From Thraustochytrium aureum (taxonomy: Eukaryota), in assembly GCA_012862495.1 (NCBI GenBank), contig BLSG01000154.1:148261-186818 (forward strand): a stretch of DNA of 38,558 bases, given 5' to 3'. Under the pieces are notes generated by a model, which worked only from the letters and a program-made list of their open reading frames with translations, had not been told where the DNA came from and did not search any database. Shown here piece by piece: positions 1-10,688 of this stretch (positions within the stretch are counted from its first letter, which is position 1; the number at the start of each line of letters is the position of its first letter). The position numbers and the translations under genes are program-made.

Positions 1-1
1 T

Positions 2-61
2 TCCGCTATCGTCAACCCCAAGTTCAAGGACATCGAGCCGGCCGACAGCATGTCTCGCTAA
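2..61 (+). CDS. 3' end of an unidentified gene entering the window (...SAIVNPKFKDIEPADSMSR*)
   Basis: Open frame from base 2 to TAA at 59-61 with mostly C/G-ending codons, followed by more AT-rich UTR-like sequence. Too short to identify. Confidence 0.45.
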   Translation, partial: SAIVNPKFKDIEPADSMSR

Positions 62-226
62 GCGAGGGGCCAGACGCATCAGCCAGCTCGAGCGAGCACC
101 TTGCCGCCTCTTTATTTCAAAAATGTTGTGTTGTTTTCCTGTGCCATTTCTGCCGCCGGCCCGCGTGTTTTGCGATCGCGCGACGATCATTACTCTACTC
201 GGTCGAAATCACTCGCTTGTCGTACC

Positions 227-251
227 GTTGTTGTTGTTGTTGCTGTTGTTG
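227..251. repeat. (GTT)n microsatellite
   Basis: gttgttgttgttgttgctgttgttg in the spacer between two convergent 3' ends. Confidence 0.75.
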
Positions 252-290
252 TACGCGCGTCAGAGTCGATCAGGGTCGCGTCGAAGAGCC

Positions 291-3200
291 TTACGGAGCC
301 GCCGCCTGGCGCGCACGACGCGCCTGCGCCTCCGTGATAGCCGCGAGGACACCGCGTTCCAGCCTCGTCTTTGCAAACTGAGTGCAGCTCTGCGAGCACT
401 GCAAAAAGTCGCCTGCGCTGGCTTGCGCTGGCCGAGCTCCTCGAACCGCACGCAGCGCCCGTTCTCGTTCAGGTTCACTTCGTCCACGGGAAGGTGGTCT
501 TCGCAGAACGCCGTTGGGCACTCCGTGCACCGAAAGAGCATGCCGCCGGCCGCAGCCGACTTGCGCTGGCACACTGAGCACGAGTGGTGGGGGCAGGCCC
601 AAGAGACTGCCCCAGTTTGCCCGTTCTTCTTGCGCGGTGGCAGCTGCTCGGGGGCCAAACAGTGCTCGTGATAGGAAGCGCAGCACTGGTCGCACAGGAG
701 GAGCTCGCCGCCGTCCCAGCACCGCAAGCAGTGCCCCTCGTTGTCGTAGTCACGCCCCGCGATTTGCCGGCCACCAGCCGCAGGCGCAGACGGAGCCGCC
801 TTGCTCAGCTCGTCTGCGAAAACCGACTTTTCGCCCTCCTCGAGGGTGTAGTTGTTGGCCTTGAGGACCGTGTGGCCGTCGATTTCTACGTAACGGTTGG
901 TCCGCACGCGCTTGGGCTGGTTGCCGTACAATTCGGGCTGCTGGGCGGCCCACTGAAGCGCAATGTCCTTCATGCTCAAGTTTCCACCTGGCGCGGCTTC
1001 GTCGCCCATTTGAGCGAGTCGTTCGATGGGGTTCACCATGACCTCAACGCCTAGCCTGCGCTTGACCCCACGCTCCTGCTTTTTGCGCTCCTCCGTGTAG
1101 TCCACCCCGTTCAAGTTGCGAATCGACAGCGCCTCCTGCGTGCCGTCAAAGTCGAGGGCGTTCAGTGTGGCGTCCTCCTCCTTGCCGATGGAGGACTCGA
1201 CGACGGCCCCTTCTTCCCGACCCTCCAACCGGGTGCGGTCCATCATCCGATCCAAGTCCGCCTCACTGATGCCGCCTTCCCCCTCGCCTTCGTCGCCGCC
1301 AAAGACGGCGGACGCGCCAAACTTGAGCATCTTGAGCATCTCCGCTTTCGAAAGCGACTCGAGGGCCTCCGCCTGGCTGGTGCTGCCCCGGTTCACCATC
1401 TTGTCCAGGTACAGCTTTTTCTGGCGCGCTGGACGACGCGCTCCTCGACCGTGCCGGCTGCTACGAGGCGGTAGACGTGGACGGGCTTGGTTTGTCCTAT
1501 GCGGTGGACGCGGTCCATAGCCTGCAGGTCANNNNNNNNNNNNNNNNNNNNNNNNNNNNNNNNNNNNNNNNNNNNNNNNNNNNNNNNNNNNNNNNNNNNN
1601 NNNNNNNNNNNNNNNNNNNNNNNNNNNNNNNNNNNNNNNNNNNNNNNNNNNNNNNNNNNNNNNNNNNNNNNNNNNNNNNNNNNNNNNNNNNNNNNNNNNN
1701 NNNNNNNNNNNNNNNNNNNNNNNNNNNNNNNNNNNNNNNNNNNNNNNNNNNNNNNNNNNNNNNNNNNNNNNNNNNNNNNNNNNNNNNNNNNNNNNNNNNN
1801 NNNNNNNNNNNNNNNNNNNNNNNNNNNNNNNNNNNNNNNNNNNNNNNNNNNNNNNNNNNNNNNNNNNNNNNNNNNNNNNNNNNNNNNNNNNNNNNNNNNN
1901 NNNNNNNNNNNNNNNNNNNNNNNNNNNNNNNNNNNNNNNNNNNNNNNNNNNNNNNNNNNNNNNNNNNNNNNNNNNNNNNNNNNNNNNNNNNNNNNNNNNN
2001 NNNNNNNNNNNNNNNNNNNNNNNNNNNNNNNNNNNNNNNNNNNNNNNNNNNNNNNNNNNNNNNNNNNNNNNNNNNNNNNNNNNNNNNNNNNNNNNNNNNN
2101 NNNNNNNNNNNNNNNNNNNNNNNNNNNNNNNNNNNNNNNNNNNNNNNNNNNNNNNNNNNNNNNNNNNNNNNNNNNNNNNNNNNNNNNNNNNNNNNNNNNN
2201 NNNNNNNNNNNNNNNNNNNNNNNNNNNNNNNNNNNNNNNNNNNNNNNNNNNNNNNNNNNNNNNNNNNNNNNNNNNNNNNNNNNNNNNNNNNNNNNNNNNN
2301 NNNNNNNNNNNNNNNNNNNNNNNNNNNNNNNNNNNNNNNNNNNNNNNNNNNNNNNNNNNNNNNNNNNNNNNNNNNNNNNNNNNNNNNNNNNNNNNNNNNN
2401 NNNNNNNNNNNNNNNNNNNNNNNNNNNNNNNNNNNNNNNNNNNNNNNNNNNNNNNNNNNNNNNNNNNNNNNNNNNNNNNNNNAGCCGCGCTCGCGCTCTC
2501 GCTTTGGTCCCCTGCGTCCTCGGGCGACAAATTGGCCGGCCCGGGCGCGACCTCCGCGGCGCCGCGCGTGTCGCTGCGCGCGTCGCTGGCCTCGCCTGCC
2601 TCTGCGCTCTGCGGAGCAGCAACGACAGCCGGATCTGGGTTCGCCGCCGCTGTGTCAGGCTGAGCGGCGGGGCCACTGTCCCCCTCTTGATTAGCCGAGG
2701 CTGCCGCTGTTGCGCCCGCTTCAGCGCTGCCCTCAACGGCGGCGTCCCCTGTAGCAGCATTGCCTGAGGGCTCAGCCTCGAGCGCTTTGGACTTGGCCTC
2801 GGCCCGCGCGAGGGCCCGCTTGTGGCTCACCTCAAGCCCGCGGTCCTCTTGTTCGTATCCAGTGGGGTCCTCCTCGAGAAGGCGGCCCAGACCCTTGCGG
2901 CGCAAGAGCGATGCGGCGTAGACGAGCTTGTCCTTGACCTCTTGCGTGATGAAAGGAAACAGAACGTCTTTGTGGCGGAACATAAAGGCCCACTGGCGCT
3001 GGTTCGCAACGAAAATGGCCTCCTTGATCGCGTCCTTGTGCTTGAGGCGAGCAGTCTCGAGCTGTTGCTTGCGAAGGAGCTCTGCAGCCGTGTGCGATAG
3101 GCCCTGGGCCTGGATCCGGCCCTCCCGCTCCGCCTCTTTGCGCTCCTGAAGCGAAATGGAGGTGGATATCTCGCGCAGAGTGTCCTCGCAGAGCATCACA

Positions 3201-5000
3201 GAGTGGACCATCTTGGACTTGCCCCACTGCCGCTCCTGCTCGTACCGGTTCTTGCCTAGAAACTTCTTGACGGCCTTTTGGAGCATGGCCTCGTCGTACG
3301 GGGTTTTCAGCCGACCGACCAGGAGCCTCCCGAGCCGCGTCTCGCTGATCCACGCCGCAATGCGAGACATGTCCACGCCGGCCCGCGCCCCGAGCGAAAT
3401 GATAGCAGCGTCGCTAATGTCGACGTACTGAGGCCTCGGCGGGGCGCCGCGGCCGCTTGGAGTGAGCTTGGCGCCGGCAACGTCGCTCGCACTCGCAAAA
3501 GCGCTCGCAGCGCGCGCTTCCGACTCGAGCACGGAGCTCTCCTGTTTGGCTTGGTCAAGAAACCGCTCCCTCTCCTCTTGGTCTTGGAGCAGCTTGGCGT
3601 TGTACTCAAGATTGCGCTGTTCCTCGCTGGCCGCGGCGATCATCTCCTCTTGGAAGCGGAGCTTGTCAGCGGCAGCGCGGTCCGCGTACGCTTGGCGAGA
3701 CGCTTCGTCAAGCAGCCTCCACCGCTCGCCGACTCTCCTTTGCAAGTCTCTGAAGGAGAGCTTGGGCGACTCTGCGCGGATCGCGCGACTCGCATCGGAG
3801 GTAAAAAAGTGAAAGGCCCCGCGCACGGGCTTGACGCGCAGGCGCTGGTCTGTAGGGAGCATGCCTTCGACAGCCCCCAACTTCCCTTCCTCCATGCTGT
3901 AATTGTTCACCTTTGAGCACCATGTGACCCTCGACATTGACCAGGCGTGACTTGACCTGGCGACGAGGTCGTCGCTCCGTCCGGGCCGCCTTGACCTTTG
4001 CGGCCATGCTCTCCTCTCGCTTGCGCTTGCGCTCGGCTTTGGCGGCCGTCTGGTCCTCCTCGTTGAAGTTGTGGGCGCTGTTGGTCCACTCGTTGCGCTG
4101 CATGGCCTTGAACGAGCGGTACTTGAAAAATTCATTGAACTCGCGCTCGAATCGGAGCTGCTCTGTTTTTGCCAGTGCCGCGGCGGTGGCCTCCACGCCC
4201 TCTTTCAGCGCGTTCACGTCATTCATCTCCATGATCTCCACCTCGCGTAGCCGTGCACGCTCCTCCTTCTTGCGCTCTTGGTTCGCGTAAAACTCGCTCG
4301 CCACCTTGCCCGCCTCCGCGAAGGCTCCGGCGCCGGGATCGCCATCCTTCGGCGGCAGGGCGCCGCGCACAGCCTCTGCAATCATGCTGTCCGAGACCCA
4401 ATTGCCTTCGTAGCCGATCATATCGAGCAGCTTGCGCAGGAGCATCGCAGACTTTGCCCGTGCGTCAGTTTTGGCACGCTCAAACGCTCGCCGATTCTCC
4501 TCAGCAAGCTTGCGTTGGCGAATTCGCTCTGCCTCCGCTTGCTTTCTGAACTGTTCTTCGGCAAGAATCCTCGCCTTCTGTTCCTCCTCCAGCCGCAACT
4601 TTTGGGCCTCGAGAGCGCGGATGCGCTCTTGTTGTTGCTGCTTCAGCATGGCGGCCTCGGACCGAAGCTTTTCTGCAACGTCGTTCTGTGTCTCGCGCTT
4701 AATGTTCTGCCCTTGCAGAGCCCCAAGTTGATGCTGTGACGATTGCCCTTCCGTCTGCTGCTTTTCCAGCTTGTACAGCTTCAAGTGCTCCATGAGCTTG
4801 GCGGGGACTGCCTGCCCATTTCGGAGCATGCGAATCCCATACTCGACGGCCGCAGGGTTGTACCAGTGCGTCTCACGCGTCTGCGGGTTCCACCAATACG
4901 GGCGCCCGTTCGAGTCTGCTGACTGTGCCCAGCGAACCTCGGGCTGCGCCTGTTGCTGCACGTTTTGTTGTAGCTGCTGCTGTTGCTGCTGGCGTTGTTG

Positions 5001-5031
<31 letters not shown>

Positions 5032-5834
5032 TGGCGTTGCTGTTGCTGCTGCTGTTGCAGACGTTGTTGTTGTAATCGTTGTTGTTGCTGCTGCTGCTGC
5101 AGTTGGCGCTGCTGCTGCAGCTGGATTTGCTGTTGCTGCTGGAGTCGCTGTTGCTGCATGATTTGCTGTTGCTGCTGCTGCTGCTGCTGCTGCTGGAGCT
5201 GTTGCTGCTGGAGCTGTTGCTGCTGCTGGAGCTGTTGCTGCTGCTGGAGCTGCTGCTGATACATTCGCACCTGCTGCTGTTGAATATTTTGAGGCTGCTT
5301 TGGGGGAAACGAGCCTGTCTCGGTTACCTGCGTCACCTGCGATGTCCCAGGGAACATTGCCTGAGCATGCGCCGATACTGCAACCACAGGCTCACCACCT
5401 GAGGTCGCACTGAAAGGCAGACCCATCCCACCAAGAAGCGGCATTTCGCTCTTGACTGCAGCAGCACCTGTGTTGACAGAAGCGGGCTGGCCATCACCAG
5501 GTTGCCCCAAAGGACGCTTGCCGGTCTGTGCAGCTCCCGTCCCTATCTCCCCGCGAAGCATCTGGTTTATTGCACCAACAGAAAGGCGCCCCTGACCGGT
5601 GGTCGCCGGGTTTCCGAGCAGGCTCGTCGTCAAGTCAGAAGGGGCTGTATCGGCGACTCCTGGGCCTTCAAGCAGCGATCTCACTGTAAGGGCCGGCCCG
5701 TTCGAACGGCCCACACCACATGTCCCCACTGCAGCAGGCTCCGCGGCGCTTTTGTTCAGGGGCGCGTGGGATTCTGACTCTTGGACTTGCTCGCCGTGGC
5801 GGTGTTGGTTTGATGGCAAGGTACAGCCTGCCAT
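291..5834 (-). CDS. SNF2-family (ISWI/CHD-like) chromatin remodeller with polyQ, WW, HMG box and C-terminal PHD plus NSD-type Cys/His finger; gapped and frameshifted in the assembly
   Basis: Helicase motif VI region [36 protein letters not shown](Q)KKLYLDKMV (~1395-1530). [29 protein letters not shown]. Second finger [29 protein letters not shown] box [31 protein letters not shown] (~3640-3835). [28 protein letters not shown] (~4855-4945). Joined through 1-nt indels at ~3913, ~1424 and ~405 and across the N gap 1532-2482. The start ATG (5834) and continuity across the gap are inferred. Confidence 0.75.
4951..5283 (-). repeat. CAG/CAA polyglutamine-coding tract
   Basis: Long (CTG/TTG)n on the + strand, translating to an interrupted polyQ of roughly 110 residues just N-terminal of the WW domain. 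Confidence 0.95.
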
Positions 5835-6793
5835 CTTCTCGGACGGGGTGGAGGAAAGGGGGCAAAGTCGGCCGCACCCTGCTCCTCTTTCAACGCGACG
5901 TCTCCAAGCCCCTGAGGCTGTTCCGACATTAGAACGCCCCTCGAGCAACTGAACGCCGCGCGGCGCGACACAGCGCCACGACGCTTGTGCCCTGCTGCGA
6001 GAACAGCACGTACTGCGCCGTGTCGGTTTTCCCCTCTCGCTTTTGCTTTCTTGGCGAGCTGGCTTGCCGGGGCGCTCCTTTTCCACGGCTCTCGCGGCCC
6101 GTGCGGTTGTGCGTTGGCCCAGAACCCGCGAAGGCGCTGAGCGGGGCGACGCGTCCCGGCCTGCTCCTTGACCGAGGGTCGGCAGCACGGGACCTCTACC
6201 GCGCAGCCCTTGTGACGCGGGCGGCAGGCGCTGCGTCTATGCGGTCTCTCGGCCCTCTGCGCCGCTGCCCTAGGCCCCAGCAGTGCGCGGCGCGGTCCTC
6301 CGCAGCTCTGAGTCCTCCTCCTCTACTGCACGCAGGCTGCGTGTTTGTTGGCCACTGGATGTGAGCTGCCCCGTTCGCGCGAGCCGGATTCGCCCTCGAA
6401 GAACGCCTGCCGTGCAAGCGCCGCCTCCGTCGACCCTCGAGGGGGAAAAAACAGCCTTTGCTCCGAGGGGGAGGCCCGATGCGTTCGTTGCTCGGTGAAA
6501 GGAGGACCGCCCGCGCGATGGCGAGCGCCGCCTGCAANNNNNNNNNNNNNNNNNNNNNNNNNNNNNNNNNNNNNNNNNNNNNNGGGACCCGCCGAGTGCT
6601 GCCTCGAACGGCAGACCTGCCTAGCGCTCAACGGCCGACCTGCAACGCATCAGCGACCCAAGCAACGGCTCGGTTTGTTGTGCATGCGCGCGCACAGCCG
6701 TTGACGTGGGAGATTGACGCGAGAGATCGATCATTTCGCGGGGAGCATCGAGATCGATCGATTCCGAACTTCCGAGTCTCGTCTTTTCACTTC

Positions 6794-6817
6794 TTGATTG
6801 ATTGATTGATTGATTGA
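6794..6817. repeat. (ATTG)n microsatellite
   Basis: ttgattgattgattgattgattga, intergenic. Confidence 0.8.
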
Positions 6818-7250
6818 AATCAACTTGGATCATCCTTCAGGAACAGATCTGGAGTGCCCTTTTTCCTTTTTTTTAGCGTCGCGTAGAGTAACAACCGACC
6901 CAAATGGCGTACATGAGTGCGAGCGAGTTCGATTGGAACGAAATCAATTGATGCATTCTGCATCATGCCACTTCGGCTTTCATTTGGTCTGCTGTTGAAA
7001 TACCAGGTGCCCTGACACACCCTCAGTCAGCATATACCGGTTGGAAATGCCCGGGTTGCCCTCGTCAGCGAATTGAAGCGCTGGCCGTACCCAAGCTGCT
7101 GCTACCTGAGCATATTCCCTCGAAATAGCCCGCTCAGTTTGGCATGATAAACGCTACCAGAAGGTACATCAAAGGTTTCCTTTTTGCGCAAGCCGACCCG
7201 GAGAACGATGCGGCGACCACCCAGACAGGCCTCTCGCCAAGGAAAGGCCG

Positions 7251-7566
7251 CTAGCTCCCGTCAGGCGGTAGCCCTATTGAAAGGACCGCCGCCGTCAGGT
7301 ACTGCGCGAGCTGCACCAGGCTCCACCCGATGGAAAATGGCACATAGAAGAACACAAAGATCATCACGGGCAGAAACACGGCGTACTCTGCCCAGGACGC
7401 CATCGAGAGCCCTGTGTACATGCTAAACCTACGCGCGCGCAAAAGCAAGGGGCCAGCAAGCAGCCCATCCACCCGGCGTCAGTGCCCAGCTCGTTGCACG
7501 GCCAACAAGACCACCGTCCGCAACTCACACGAAGATGAAGCGCCGCACCATCTCTAGGAGACCCAT
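7251..7566 (-). CDS. Small membrane protein resembling the serine palmitoyltransferase small subunit (ssSPT/SPTSS family), 71 aa, two exons (7566-7529, 7428-7251)
   Basis: GTGAGT donor at 7528 and pyrimidine-rich ...GCGTAG acceptor at 7429. Splicing gives in-frame MGLLEMVRRFIFVFSMYTGLSMASWAEYAVFLPVMIFVFFYVPFSIGWSL...*. The segment F-x-x-Y-T-G-L-S-M-x-x-W-x-E-x-x-V-F followed by a TM helix resembles the ssSPT core as I recall it. Confidence 0.65.
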
Positions 7567-8608
7567 GCTAGCTGTCCCAGAATCAGCGCGCCGTCTGCGC
7601 TCTTGCGGGCGGGGCGCCCTGTGCGAGCCCCGCCCGGTCGGCCCCTCTCGCGGCTGTACGCTGGCGCCAGCAGCCGGGCGGGCGCCCTCGGATGGTTGCA
7701 CACACGCGCGCTTTGCTGCCTGNNNNNNNNNNNNNNNNNNNNNNNNNNNNNNNNNNNNNNNNNNNNNNNNNNNNNNNNNNNNNNNNNNNNNNNNNNNNNN
7801 NNNNNNNNNNNNNNNNNNNNNNNNNNNNNNNNNNNNNNNNNNNNNNNNNNNNNNNNNNNNNNNNNNNNNNNNNNNNNNNNNNNNNNNNNNNNNNNNNNNN
7901 NNNNNNNNNNNNNNNNNNNNNNNNNNNNNNNNNNNNNNNNNNNNNNNNNNNNNNNNNNNNNNNNNNNNNNNNNNNNNNNNNNNNNNNNNNNNNNNNNNNN
8001 NNNNNNNNNNNNNNNNNNNNNNNNNNNNNNNNNNNNNNNNNNNNNNNNNNNNNNNNNNNNNNNNNNNNNNNNNNNNNNNNNNNNNNNNNNNNNNNNNNNN
8101 NNNNNNNNNNNNNNNNNNNNNNNNNNNNNNNNNNNNNNNNNNNNNNNNNNNNNNNNNNNNNNNNNNNNNNNNNNNNNNNNNNNNNNNNNNNNNNNNNNNN
8201 NNNNNNNNNNNNNNNNNNNNNNNNNNNNNNNNNNNNNNNNNNNNNNNNNNNNNNNNNNNNNNNNNNNNNNNNNNNNNNTCTTCGGCAGCGCAGCGCTGCT
8301 GTTTGTTGAGACCTCTGGAGCGAGCCGGCCGCTTCCGAGTGGCTCGGGCAATCAATCGCTCGGCAGTTCCCTCCTTCCCTCTTCCTACTTGCTTACTTTC
8401 ACTCCGAACATGTTCGTCTGGAGGTCCCAGCAAGAGCCACAACGGGCGTGTGGGCCAGCAGTCCGGCCTGCTAGGCCCCCGAGGGGAGCAGACACGCGAC
8501 TCCAAGGCGCGCACGCGAGCTCTAAAGCGCGCTCAGCCACGCCGAGCTCGCAGGCGTGGGCGCCAAGAGCCGTCGGCGGCGGCCCTGCGTGACGAAAGTG
8601 CCGGGACA

Positions 8609-10616
8609 ATGCTCGGGGATGCCCAAGGGGAATCTGCGCCGCGCGGCGCAACGCGGCCAGCTGGCGCAGACGAGAGCTCTTGCAGCGAAAGCAAGCTGGA
8701 AGCCATCAAAGTGCGCTGCGGGGCTCTCTTGAAAAAGGAATCGCGCTGGGTCGCCGTTTGGCCTCTTTTTCCTGACGTGGAGCGGGCTCTACCTGGCCAT
8801 CTTTGCTTATGCAGTGCAGCTCGTGTCCGAGGTGAGCGTGTCGGAGCTTTTCCAATGCAACATCAACGTAGGCGTCACGAACCCGTCTTGCGACAACGCA
8901 GCATGCGTCACCGTCGGGTGGACCATGCTCATTTTTGGCATCTGCGGCTCGGCGCTCTTCATCAACCTGTCGGTGCTGTCGTTCTCGCTTCGGAGGACGA
9001 TGCGCAAGGAAGCCGCGGAACGAGAGCTAGACCTTCCGGGAGAGGGAACTCGCCAGTTCAGCCGCGAGCGTCGCGGTGGCGTAGACGAGTCTCCCCCCCG
9101 GCGCCCAGACCCTTGGCTCGCTTCGCGTCCAACACTCCACTGCGACGCTCAAACCGGCAGGGCTTGCTCGCGGGAGGGGACAAAGTACACGCGACGGTCT
9201 GAAAGGCAATGCACCGGCCCCGCGTGTAATTATTCCAGAGTTTGAGCTAACAATCCAGGAAGATGACGAAGAGGAGTTGGGAGAAGAGACCTCCGAGTCG
9301 ACGGGCTCCAGAGACAACGCGGGCGAAACTCGAAATGCTGCCGGAGAGCAATATGAAGGAGGACTGGGTGCTCCAGCGCAGCCCTCTACAATCGCTGGGG
9401 CTAAAGTTACGTCCTCTTTGACCATCGACTCGCAGCGGACCATGGACTCCTCTGACTTTTCGGCGCTCACTGATCAAGGCGACGACGACGACCGTGCCAC
9501 CGCCGCAACGGGGGCGTACCTTGACGCGAAGGCCCACCAGCTCGCCATCGAGATGGCCCCGGTCGCGGCCGAGCCAGCCCGTGTTGGCTCCTCGGCGGAG
9601 GCGGGGTCCAGGCCAACAAGTCAGCCGTCTGCCGGCCGGGAACGCGTGCGTGCTGGCTCTTCAGCCAGTGCCTCCTCTAATCCGGCTTCGAAACGCTCCC
9701 GCCTCGGCTCGGGCGACAGATATTTGAGCTCGCGAGCGCTCGGGCAAAGCACGCGAAACTTTGGGCCGAGCCGCCGAGGCAGCGACAAGAGTGACGCGCC
9801 TCAGGAGATGCAATGCGAGGGCCGTGAGCGCAGCGCGAGCGGCTCGCGCTTTGTTGCACGTCCATTTGCTTTTTTGCGACCCGTCTTCGAAAAGTGCAGT
9901 TGCGTGGGCGACTACTGCCCTAGGGTATACCTCGACCCAGGAGATTGCACCGTCAAGCTTGGCAAGGACAAGTCGATCGACTCCTACTGCGCCGTGTCGT
10001 GGAGCACCGTCGGCGCGCAAATCTGCATGTTCCCCTGGTTTGTGCTCGTAATTACTTGCACCATAACGGTCGTTGGCAAGACAAACCCGAAATCTTTTGG
10101 ATTCGACGAGGGCATCTGCCGCATTCAGAGCCCCAGCAGCGCACCCCGAGACCCCAACAACGAGGTTCTCGAGAAAGGCGGAGTGCAGCTCACTTGGTTC
10201 GCTGTGATCTTCACCTGGGTGTCTGTCGGGATTTTCGGACTGGTGGCGATGGCGCTCTCGACGGTGCGCAAGCTTCGCGCGAGAGACGTTTCGACCGACA
10301 ATTGCTCCGCTGCCGCCTGGAGCGCGCTTCGGTTTTGGGAAAGGCCGCTCCGCCAGGACGAATGATCGACCATGGCCAACGAACGCATACCTCTCATCGC
10401 TCTTCGGTGCGGCGTGTCCGACAAAGCTTCTTCTGGACGGTACTTACGGCCTCCCCTCGCGTCGCGCTGCGAGACGGTCCAGCAAGACCTGAAACGCAGC
10501 GGCTCCGAAAGACGCGATCGTCTTGTGCGCGCTCTCTGCTAGCTCTAAAGGGAGAGTCAAGACAGCTAGCCGACTTCAAGTTCCCAACGCCCCAGCAACT
10601 GCATGGTGCGCTCTGA
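8609..10616 (+). CDS. Hypothetical 4-TM membrane protein with two TM hairpins separated by a long disordered loop (frameshifted in assembly)
   Basis: ATG 8609. Correcting 1-nt indels at T5 (8766-8770) and C7 (9093-9099) joins three ORF-track pieces. Hydrophobic segments: WVAVWPLFLTWSGLYLAIFAYAV, VGWTMLIFGICGSALFINLSVLSF, ICMFPWFVLVITCTITVV and LTWFAVIFTWVSVGIFGLVAMAL. Stop is 10365 as read, or 10616 if there is a further indel at ~10290. Confidence 0.55.
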
Positions 10617-10688
10617 CGAGTGCAGAGCTGCTCAACTTGGCAAAGGCAAGCTCGAGTCACACTCGCAGTTTACTACTCCAAGGCTGCT

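Noticed and set aside
4771..5402. Poly-Cys, poly-Ala/Val and poly-Leu ORFs on the + strand
   Set aside because: These are antisense readings of the CAG/CAA polyQ tract.
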